In this document: in pieces, positions 1 to 8,666 of the stretch
How the letters are laid out: every line of letters begins with the position of its first letter
Numbering within the stretch: the stretch's first letter is position 1
NCBI RefSeq assembly: GCF_000142905.1
Contig: NW_013657637.1
Location: forward strand, 202,971-266,970
Direction: 5' to 3'
Length of the DNA: 64,000 bases
Source: Thecamonas trahens ATCC 50062
Taxonomy: Eukaryota > Protista > Apusomonadida
Position numbers and translations under genes: made by a program
The notes under the pieces: generated by a model
Database searches by the model: none
What the model saw: the letters and a program-made list of their open reading frames with translations, nothing else
Told to the model about the DNA's origin: nothing

Positions 1-1768
1 AGCTCAAAGAGGAGCAGAATGCGCTCAGCGGCATTCGGATGCAGGCCCGACGCCCCGAGCGCGAGGTTGAGTACAACGCCGAGCGCCAGGCTCGCCTCAT
101 ACACGTCCTTGGCAGCAGCGCCAAGCAGCGAGATGAGCCGGTCGACGACAACAATGACGACTAGCGAGCCGGCCGAGAGCGAGCCGGCGAGCTGGCGCGA
201 GGTAAACCACTCGGGCACACCGCCGGGCACCGGCGATGCAAAAAGATTCGCCACCCACGCCTTGGATGTGGACAAGAGCGCGACAACGCCCAACGCAAGA
301 TGGGCCGCCCGCTGCCGCAGCGGCGATGCCAGCGCGTGCGCCAGCGGGACCATCAGTGTCTCGATGTCGGTCCGCGCGTTGACGTAGCCGGCAAATGCAG
401 GCGCCCGCGAGAGCAGCACATGCAGCAGCGCAATAGGAACGTCGGCCTCGGCAGGCGCCACGGCAATATGGTCTGCGATCGCGTCATAGAGCACCGGAAA
501 CGCCGCCGCAGCTTGCCCGGCCTTTGGCGCCAGACTCGGATCCTCCACGCCCGGAAAGGCATCGATGAGGTCGGCGAGACCGGCGGTGACAGCACCTGTA
601 CTTGCCGGATCGCTTGCTAGGAGCAGCATCACCACCGCAGCGCGGGTGGCGAGTGGCGCCCACGCCCGCTGCGCGTCGCTGGTTTCGAGCAACGACGAGA
701 AAAACATGCCGAAGCCTGCGGCTGAGCTCTTCGCTGCAGCCTCGGCGTGCGTCACCGAGTCGGAGGCGTAAACAGTGAGGAGGGTGGCAAGGAGCCGGGC
801 AAACTGGGGCGGCGTCCACGCGGCGACAAGGGCAGCATGACGGGTGCGGAGGGCGGCGAGCGGGCGGGCAACAGTCTTGGCATCGACGTAGAGCGCGTCC
901 GAGACAAAGGCTATCAGGCAGGCGAGGAGCTCAAAGACGAGCTCGGCCATGGCCGCCGGCAGCGCAACCGGGAGCACCGGCCCGCCCATCCCGTCGAGGA
1001 CGGTGACCAGCAGCTGACCCACCCTCGCCATCCATGGAACGAGCAGCTCATCGGGGACGAGGACGACATCAGCCGCCGCCGCCGCCGCCACAAACGTCCG
1101 AATCAGCAGCAGCGCGTTGGTCAGCGTCGGTAGTGGCCGCGGCCGGACGTCAACCGCCACCCGCCGCCCGACCTCATCCATTAGCTCCTGCGCATACCCC
1201 ATCAGTGCCTGCATGTTGCCGGTCTTGCCGTTGTTCACCACTGATGCCATCGCCGAGCGAGTGAGTCCTACGCCCTTTTGCTGCATCACCTTTGCCGAGA
1301 CCCCAGCCAACACGAGCGGCTACCACCTGAAGAAGGACAATTAGCAAGGCACGGAAGGGCCTACAACATATATGGGACCAAGGTCATGTCGGGATGTGGA
1401 TGGGGTATCTGGGGCAACTGTATCCCACACGTGGTGTGCGGTGGAAGGTGGCGGTGGAAGGTGGCGTCGACGCGGTGATCATGATCAACGCCCGGCCGGG
1501 CACAAGGCATGTACGGTGGCCTGCTGCAGCGGCAGGCGAGGGGGACGGGGAGGTATGGGCATAGGGGGTACATACATATGTCGGCAGAAGCTCTTGCTAA
1601 GACGGTGGCGATGCCCTGCTCCCTCCGTATGCGTGACTCCTTCTCCATGTGGAAGGTCAGACCGTGGAGGTCGTCAAGCAGCTCACCGGCTCGACCACCT
1701 AGGGCAGTCTCACCACACACAGCATCGAGCAGGGCAATGTTGGCCTCCACAGATGTGTTGGCGCCCAT
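1..1768 (-). CDS. DYM: Dymeclin (Dyggve-Melchior-Clausen) family Golgi protein; 3' end runs off the window; intron 1241-1575
   Basis: Manual translation gives MGANTS (myristoylation-type N-terminus), LVNNGKTGNMQAL, TLTNALLLIRTF, PLATRAAVVMLLLAS and WFTSRQLAGSLSAGSLVVIVV...KDVYEASLALGVVLNL...GLHPNAAERILLLFEL, collinear with dymeclin motifs. GTATGT donor at 1575 and AG acceptor at 1241 keep the frame. Exon 2 is absent from the ORF track because it has no stop in the window. Confidence 0.8.
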
Positions 1769-2036
1769 TTGCCACAAAGTTTGTGCGCGGGAACGAGGGC
1801 AGAGGGGAGGAGGAGGAGGAGGAGGGAGGGGGGGGGGGGATCAGGGGGGAGGGAGAGGAGGCGGAGTACAGGGAGAAGGGTGACCGAGGGTGCGACCACG
1901 GTGACATGCCATTCGCCGCGGCAGGCAGGCAGGAGGAGGAGGTGGTGTCTGCATACCCCACTCCCCCCGTCTCTCTCTCTCTCCCCTCCCTCTCCCCCTC
2001 TGGCAGCCGCCGCATCTTTGCAAACGTTTGTGGGTC

Positions 2037-3800
2037 ATGGCGAGCCAGGGCGCGTGCGGGGGATGCGGCAAGGCCATTTACCCCTTTGACAAGGCCCATG
2101 AGGTCAAGGGCGTCCGCCTGCACGCCGGCTGCTTTGCCTGCACTTCCTGCAAGCGCATTCTCAAGCCGACCGGGAGATACGGCATTGTTGCTGGTCGCTA
2201 CTACTGCTCGCGTCATGCGCGGGAGGCCGAAGCTGCTGTTGGTGGTGGCGGTGGGGATGCTGGGGATGACACGCGCAAGCGGGCCACGTCCGAGGGCACC
2301 CCGTCGCCTGCGCGAGCGGCTGCCGCCCGCGACGCTTTAGCCCCTGTGGCGAGCGAAGCTGCAACGCCTTTGGCGAGTGGGCCGACAGGCGGCGGCAAGC
2401 GCCTGGCCGGACGTGATCGGATTGCGTCCGAGGGCACTCCGTCGCCATCACGAGTGGCTGCGGCACGGAGCGCGTTTGAGGGCGGATCCAGCGAGCCGCG
2501 GAAGTCGCGGCGGGCGACAGAGGGCGTGCCAAAGGCGTCGCGGGTAGCGGCGGCCAGGGCGGCGTTTGCTGGCGGCGATGTCGGGACTGACAAACCCAAG
2601 TCCAAGGTTAGCGCAGTCAAGGCTGCATCGGGGCGGGGGCGGCGGACCGCGTCCGAGGGCTCTCCGTCGACATCGCGCATGCAGGCTGCGCGCGCAGCGT
2701 TTGCAGGTGGCGTCCCGGCGCCACCATCTCCGAAGCGGGCGGCGCCACCGTCACCAACGCGGGCGGCGCCACCGTCACCAACGCGGGCGGCGCCACCGTC
2801 ACCAACGCGGGCGGCGCCACCGTCACCAACGCGGGCGGCGCCACCGTCACCAACGCGGGCGGCGCCACCGTCACCAACGCGGGCGGCGCCACCGTCGCCA
2901 ACGCGGACGGCACCACCGTCACCAACGCGGGCGGCGCCACCGTCACCAACGCGGGCGGCGCCCCCGTCACCAACGCGGGCGGCGCCACCGTCACCAACGC
3001 GGGCGGCGCCACCGTCACCAACGCAGACGGCGCCACCGTCACATCCTACCCCCCCACACGCTCCGGCTCCAGAGGTTCGCGGTCATCTTGTCACTCTTTG
3101 CCCGTCGTCCGAATACTGCCTATACGATCGTCCAATTCCGCTCGCGCCGGGATGGACCGACAACCCGTCGCGCGTCCTCTGGCTGCCGCAGTCCTCAGGC
3201 CACGCCTCGGTTGTCTGGGCCGGACCAGAGGCCCCCCGCCCCGCCAGGGTGCGAGCCCTCGCTGCTGCCCGTGCGTCCGGCACGCTTACCCCGCTGCTTG
3301 CCCACGCCGCCGATCTCGCGGCTGTGCTCGACACGCCGCTCGAGCTGCCGCCTGGCATCGATACCAACTCGCCCTCGCTAGTCAAAGCGACGCGATCACC
3401 AGGCGGTTCGTTTTCCTTTACCCGTGCGGCGCCCCTGGAGAGCCCACTGTGGACCCGCGCTGCGCTTGCTGCCGATGACGCCGTGTATGTCGCTGACGAC
3501 GGTCTCTTCTCGGCCTACATCTGGAAGGCCCCACGCGCAACGCTCTCACAGGCCGAGACCATTGCACTCACCGCTGCGCTGCAGGCCGGCGAACATGCGC
3601 CATGTCTTGCTGTCGCCCGCCCCTGGGCTCTGCACGTCACCGTGCTCGATGCAGGCTCGGAGAGCTCTCCATTCAAAGCGCTGTTTGTTGATTGGCACCC
3701 AGCTGTCACCGCCCTCGTCTCGGCGCTCGCTGATCCCGACGCACACCTTGCAGTCGCCGCCATGTTTCCGCCACGTGCCACCAAGAAAGCAATCGCCTAG
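2037..3800 (+). CDS. LIM-domain protein with short helical repeats, a PPSPTRAA tandem array and a C-terminal gelsolin-like domain
   Basis: CGGC...H..CFAC..C...YYC..H LIM pattern at the N-terminus. C-terminal VYVADDG...AYIWKAP...VTVLDAGSESSPFKALFVDW resembles a gelsolin/villin repeat. Confidence 0.7.
   Translation: MASQGACGGCGKAIYPFDKAHEVKGVRLHAGCFACTSCKRILKPTGRYGIVAGRYYCSRHAREAEAAVGGGGGDAGDDTRKRATSEGTPSPARAAAARDALAPVASEAATPLASGPTGGGKRLAGRDRIASEGTPSPSRVAAARSAFEGGSSEPRKSRRATEGVPKASRVAAARAAFAGGDVGTDKPKSKVSAVKAASGRGRRTASEGSPSTSRMQAARAAFAGGVPAPPSPKRAAPPSPTRAAPPSPTRAAPPSPTRAAPPSPTRAAPPSPTRAAPPSPTRAAPPSPTRTAPPSPTRAAPPSPTRAAPPSPTRAAPPSPTRAAPPSPTQTAPPSHPTPPHAPAPEVRGHLVTLCPSSEYCLYDRPIPLAPGWTDNPSRVLWLPQSSGHASVVWAGPEAPRPARVRALAAARASGTLTPLLAHAADLAAVLDTPLELPPGIDTNSPSLVKATRSPGGSFSFTRAAPLESPLWTRAALAADDAVYVADDGLFSAYIWKAPRATLSQAETIALTAALQAGEHAPCLAVARPWALHVTVLDAGSESSPFKALFVDWHPAVTALVSALADPDAHLAVAAMFPPRATKKAIA
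2721..3040 (+). repeat. Coding minisatellite, 24-bp unit (ccaccgtcaccaacgcgggcggcg) x13, encoding PPSPTRAA
   Basis: Near-identical tandem units are directly visible. Confidence 0.97.
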
Positions 3801-6800
3801 CCTCGCACAGGGCTCCACACACAGTACTCGCCGACGACCCTAAGCGCAGCCGCGTCGGCTTCGTCGAGCACGATGGACTCCACGTCAGCATCACCGGCCG
3901 CACGCGCATCCAGCACGTCATTGGAGACGCGCGCCGCCACGCCGGGGGCCGTCGCCAGCGTCACATGAGGCCGCCGTCCGGCATCCACCTCGATGCCGCC
4001 CAGCGCCACTGCCAAGCACACAATCCCGCGCCCGGCGACCAGCTCGACCGCATTCACCTCGACGCCATCAGCCAGTGCCGCGTTGGCAGTCTCGTCAAGT
4101 GCTCGGACATCACCCACCGTCGCCTCGGCGATGTACCGCAGCGTGACGTGGAACCCGATGCGTGCCCGGGCATCTGCGTCGGCCTCCAGCGCTGCACTGT
4201 CACCGCCGGCCGCCGCTACCGCGCGCGCCCACGCACTGTCTCCTGACGCCGTCGCGCGCCACGTGCACATTGCTCGGCTGAGCGTTGGAAGCGACAGCCC
4301 GGCAAACCGGAACCATGGCACAACGGCGGCGTTCACACGTGCGCTTCCGCCGTGAGTAACCCCGTCGACCACCGCACTCACAGCGACATCCAGCAGACCG
4401 TCTGCGTCGTAGATCCGCGAGTGCAGGCCACGGACCTCGTCGAGTGCACTTGCCAGCGCCGCAGCCTGCTCCCCCCACGAGAGGCCCGCCATCGGGTTGC
4501 CCTTGCGACGGCCGGAGAAAAGGTGCTTGATCGTCGCCAGCGGCTCGGCATACTCCGCGAGGGCGAGTTCGGCTTCGGCACTATCGCAGATCCCGAGCGA
4601 GACTACTTGCCCCCCAGCCGCCTCGGTTGCAGCCACCACCTTGTCGCCGTGCTTGTACTTGCCGTCACGGATCCTGCTGTGCAGCTTGCGGACGGCAGTG
4701 GTGTACTCGAGCCATGCTTCGCGCGACACTGTCGCCGCTTCCACCGAGCTCGCATCGCTGGCATGATCCGGCCGATCCAGCACGCCAAGGTACGCCAGTG
4801 CGTCCATGACCTCGTACCCACTCGGCGTGCTGGCCAGCCGTAAGACAAGCCAACTGGCATCGTGGATCAGCGATGATGCGCCGCGATTGTCGTACACCAG
4901 CACCGGCGTCTTGCCTGCCGCTCTTGCTGCATCCACTGCCTCGTTTGCCCGTCGTTTCAACTCGCGCGCCACCGTCGCGCGGCCCACCGTCGCCTGAATC
5001 TCATCGTTAGCGAGGACCGTCACAACGGCCTCCTCGCCGAGTGCCTCCTGCAAAGCAGGACAGAGCTTGGTGAGAAACGTTGTCTTGCCCACTCCTGGCT
5101 CACCCGGCACAATGACCCGGACCACCGTGGTGCCGCTTCCATCTTGTGCCGTGGAGCTTGCCATTAGATCGGGAGTAAAGTGTCGCAGCGGCGCCTTGCC
5201 ACAGTTGACCAGCAGCATCGGCGTCACAGTGCAAGGCGCGGCCATCCTGCCGCTGACACGCAGCACTTTGCCAATGTCGTCGTAATGGATGATCTGCTGC
5301 CAGCTGTCGTCGACCACACTTGCAGCCGCCAGATCGGCGAGTACCTCGGCCTTAAAGTTGAGCGCCGACTGCCGCGACGCCCGACGCGCAAAGACCGGCA
5401 CGCGGAGCGCGCCAGACTTGCCCAGGATCCGGTAAATAGGCCCGAGCTCCGACTGGATCCGCCCAGTCAAGACCAGGACAGGCGCACCTGCCGCCACCAC
5501 CCGCGAGAGCAGTGCAGGCATCGCCACACTCGCCGCCGCCGTCGTCTCATCAAACAGGGTGCCGTCAAAGTCAAAGACGTACACAACCTCGCCTGCGCCC
5601 GCAGCCACGCTCTCCGTCATCTGCATCCTGAGCGCCGCCAGCGACGCCCAGTTGGTGCCTGCGCCCAACGCACCGCTGCCCACCGCCGCCATTGCGGTTG
5701 TAGCAAGGACCGAGACCTCGCCCCCGGTCTCGAGCACAGCGCACACCTCGGCCGCCACCGCGACCACCAGCGCCGCGGCATCGGGGCCAGATACGCTCGC
5801 GCTGGCGCCGTCAGCCGTCACGCTACTCAGCACCGGAGGTGCGTGCTCGTAGAACGGCGCCACAACGTCGCCCACCCACTGGTGCACGACACGGGTCTGG
5901 GTCGGGTCTGCTCGCGGGACGAGCCCGATGCGGGCGCAGCAACCGAGGAAGAGCATGTGCGCATGCATCGATGATGGCAGCAGTCCTGGCCGCCGCATGT
6001 GACGCGTGAACGCCACAAGTGCGGTCCGGCGGGAGACGGTGTCAGCCTCAGAGCCCGCGGCTATCAGCGCCGCACGCACCGCCGTGTTGGCATCCATGAT
6101 TGTCCACGCCGACCCATCATACACGATGTCGACGAGGAGGCCTCCGGCAAACTCGAGAGCAAGGACCGGGAAGGCGGCGTCGGTGACGATGCGGCTTTGG
6201 AGGAGGTCGTCTCCAAAAGCCGCGGCAATTGCAGGCGCCAGCTCATCCAGAGGCGTGTTGGTCAGTAAGTCGATGTCGGACCCGACCGGGAGCGCTCCGC
6301 CGAGCACTGCAAACGAGCCAAATGGCCGCAGCGCCACGGGCGGCAAAGTGCTTGATGCCCACGCCTGTAGCCGCCGATAGCAAGCCAGTTGACCGGAATC
6401 TGGCCCTGCAAAGGCGACGTCGGCGACCAGCGCGTCGGCGGCGGCCGACGTCATCTCACGACAGACAAGATACATGCTCATGGCCTGAGCCCGGGTCAGT
6501 TGCGGCAGTACCCGGCCACATCGGGCCGGGTACGCAATCGACGGCGTGCGCAGGCCCGACGGGATGCTAAGCACAGCCCGGGCCAGCGAGAGCACATGCT
6601 TGATGCCTCCAGCTGCGAGGGCTTCGCGCGCAAACACGCGCGAGAGTGGCGGCAGCGGGGCCGCCGAGCCACTCGCAGCCGACATGCTCCGTGCCCACTT
6701 GACGATCGTGGTGACCACAACTGGCGGCATACCATCGAGGCGTGCGACATGGGCGTGAAGCGCCGAGTCGTCGAGGCAAATCAGAGCTGCGGCGTCGACG

Positions 6801-8194
6801 CGGTCGAGGGCACGACCGAGGTTAGCGACAGCGGCGCCAAGCCGGGCCGGGAGTACCGGGCCAAGATGACGGGCAACTCCGTGGGCGAGTAGATCCGGCG
6901 AAAGGCCGCGAACCGCAACCCCAACGTCACCGGCGAGCGCATGCAGCTGCGAGACGAGCAGGTCAGCGAGCAGCGCGTCGTGCGATGCCAAGCCGAGATC
7001 GTGAAGGGCGCACCACATGGCCGTCTTGACCTTGATCAGCAGCAGCGGCTCGCCAGCGGCCGACTCGACTGCAAGCACGCCACCCTCAAAGCCCGGCTCG
7101 CTCTCGGCCTCGATGGCGGCAACAACGTCGTCGACCTCGGCGGCAGGCGGCAGCGGTAGGCGCCGCGGGATGGGCAGCCCGATGCTGGACGCCACCGTCG
7201 CTACATTCAGCATGCGGTAGGCTGGTGGGTGGGCAACGGCGGCGATGAGATAAGCTGATGGCTTGTCGGCCGCGACCGTTGTTGTCAACTCGGGATGCCG
7301 CAACTCGATCACGTAGGTGACGCCCGGCTCGAGGCGAGCGGCGAGGGCGGGCAAGTCGACAGCTTCGCACAGCATACGGTGCATGGGATGCCCGTGGCGA
7401 AGAGTGGTCTTCTGTGACTCAATCAGCAGACCACTGTTGTCCGCCGCTCTGGGCGTCAGCTTGATGATGGCCCCATCCAGCTTCTCGCTCATGGCCACAC
7501 CCGCTCCGCCCAACACCGCCACTAGCGCTGACAGCGAGACCAAGCCCGGGCGGAGGTCAAAGAACTTGAGCAGTGGGAAGGAGAGCACAGAGGTAGCAGG
7601 ATTCGAATGTTCGGGCGAGTGGCTGAGAGCGGGGATGCCAGCGGCAGCCGTGGCCACCGGGTCGACGAGCAGATCATCGGCGCGACCACGGCCACTCCCA
7701 CTCCCACCCCCACCTTCTCCACCACCATGCTCATGCCCGACACGGACCTTGTGCCCGCGGACATGGGCCAGCCACGAGCCGTGGAAGGCGGCAGCGTTGG
7801 AGTATGCCACATGGGCCGTCCCGGACTCGCATCCGATGGCCGAGACCAGGAGGGCAGACTCAGCCAGTTGGGCCCGGAGCTCCCCGACGCCGGCGGCGTG
7901 TCGGGCGGCAGTGTCCAGAGCATCGATGACCGCCATCGGTTGGCGGGCAACTGCCACGGTGGCCAGAAAGGCAAGATCACCACGGAGCTCCTCTCCCATT
8001 CGCCCCGATCTCGCCATCCCGGCCATCGCCTTGGTCGTAGCCTCGGCTGTCTCATCCGCAAGCGACTCGGCCGCCGCCAGTGCCGCTACCAGTCGCGGCG
8101 ATGGGTTCGATTCGCTGCACAGAGGTCGCTGATTATGGCTACGAGCGCATCCGCCAGCCGAATGTCGGTCCCTGGACGGTCTTGGTGAGCGCAT
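3797..8194 (-). CDS. Multi-domain RNA repair enzyme: RNA ligase + Pol-beta nucleotidyltransferase + HAD phosphatase + P-loop kinase + 2H phosphodiesterase
   Basis: Ligase: LKFFD, SEKLDG, YVIEL, FEGGVL, IKVKT. NTase: FGS...GSDIDLL, LVDIV. HAD: VFDFDGTLF, LTGR, FK, HYDD. Kinase: GEPGVGKTT, VLVYDNR, VLDRPDH. 2H: FHVTL and PHVTLATAPGVAARVSN. Confidence 0.85.
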   Translation of the reverse strand: MRSPRPSRDRHSAGGCARSHNQRPLCSESNPSPRLVAALAAAESLADETAEATTKAMAGMARSGRMGEELRGDLAFLATVAVARQPMAVIDALDTAARHAAGVGELRAQLAESALLVSAIGCESGTAHVAYSNAAAFHGSWLAHVRGHKVRVGHEHGGGEGGGGSGSGRGRADDLLVDPVATAAAGIPALSHSPEHSNPATSVLSFPLLKFFDLRPGLVSLSALVAVLGGAGVAMSEKLDGAIIKLTPRAADNSGLLIESQKTTLRHGHPMHRMLCEAVDLPALAARLEPGVTYVIELRHPELTTTVAADKPSAYLIAAVAHPPAYRMLNVATVASSIGLPIPRRLPLPPAAEVDDVVAAIEAESEPGFEGGVLAVESAAGEPLLLIKVKTAMWCALHDLGLASHDALLADLLVSQLHALAGDVGVAVRGLSPDLLAHGVARHLGPVLPARLGAAVANLGRALDRVDAAALICLDDSALHAHVARLDGMPPVVVTTIVKWARSMSAASGSAAPLPPLSRVFAREALAAGGIKHVLSLARAVLSIPSGLRTPSIAYPARCGRVLPQLTRAQAMSMYLVCREMTSAAADALVADVAFAGPDSGQLACYRRLQAWASSTLPPVALRPFGSFAVLGGALPVGSDIDLLTNTPLDELAPAIAAAFGDDLLQSRIVTDAAFPVLALEFAGGLLVDIVYDGSAWTIMDANTAVRAALIAAGSEADTVSRRTALVAFTRHMRRPGLLPSSMHAHMLFLGCCARIGLVPRADPTQTRVVHQWVGDVVAPFYEHAPPVLSSVTADGASASVSGPDAAALVVAVAAEVCAVLETGGEVSVLATTAMAAVGSGALGAGTNWASLAALRMQMTESVAAGAGEVVYVFDFDGTLFDETTAAASVAMPALLSRVVAAGAPVLVLTGRIQSELGPIYRILGKSGALRVPVFARRASRQSALNFKAEVLADLAAASVVDDSWQQIIHYDDIGKVLRVSGRMAAPCTVTPMLLVNCGKAPLRHFTPDLMASSTAQDGSGTTVVRVIVPGEPGVGKTTFLTKLCPALQEALGEEAVVTVLANDEIQATVGRATVARELKRRANEAVDAARAAGKTPVLVYDNRGASSLIHDASWLVLRLASTPSGYEVMDALAYLGVLDRPDHASDASSVEAATVSREAWLEYTTAVRKLHSRIRDGKYKHGDKVVAATEAAGGQVVSLGICDSAEAELALAEYAEPLATIKHLFSGRRKGNPMAGLSWGEQAAALASALDEVRGLHSRIYDADGLLDVAVSAVVDGVTHGGSARVNAAVVPWFRFAGLSLPTLSRAMCTWRATASGDSAWARAVAAAGGDSAALEADADARARIGFHVTLRYIAEATVGDVRALDETANAALADGVEVNAVELVAGRGIVCLAVALGGIEVDAGRRPHVTLATAPGVAARVSNDVLDARAAGDADVESIVLDEADAAALRVVGEYCVWSPVRG

Positions 8195-8666
8195 GCCATG
8201 GCGAGTGCGGGAAAGAGAGCGGTGCTAGCTCGCGCCGCTATCGCTGTCGCTGTTGTTGTCGCTGTCGCTGGCATGACCACTGTCGATCGAAGCGATCGAA
8301 AGCTGTGTCGCACAGAACGGAAAAGAGATGGCGGAGAAGTTGGTGACTGCGATGGTTTAGAGAGGCGAGCCCGAGCTCATTTACTGTGGCCATGTCAGTC
8401 TCGCCGCCAGTCTTTGTGAGGGAGCGGGTGACAGGGGATGGTGGCAAGATCGATGACGGCATCAACACCTCGACCTGGAGCTGAGCCGAGAGTCGGTGGC
8501 GCTAGAGGGCGTCGGGCTAGAAGACGCCGCGCTCGGCGACAATGAGGTAGATGTCCCGGGCGAGGGTAAGAGACCGATAAGAGCCAGCCAGTGTATCACC
8601 AGGCTCCAATTTCCGGGGCTCGCGCATGGCTAGCGGCATGGCGCGGGTCGGGTACAGTTGCTGGGA

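Noticed and set aside
3797-8600. Mobile element or endogenous virus carrying the RNA repair gene
   Set aside because: No terminal repeats, target-site duplication, transposase, integrase or capsid genes were seen, and composition matches the neighbours.
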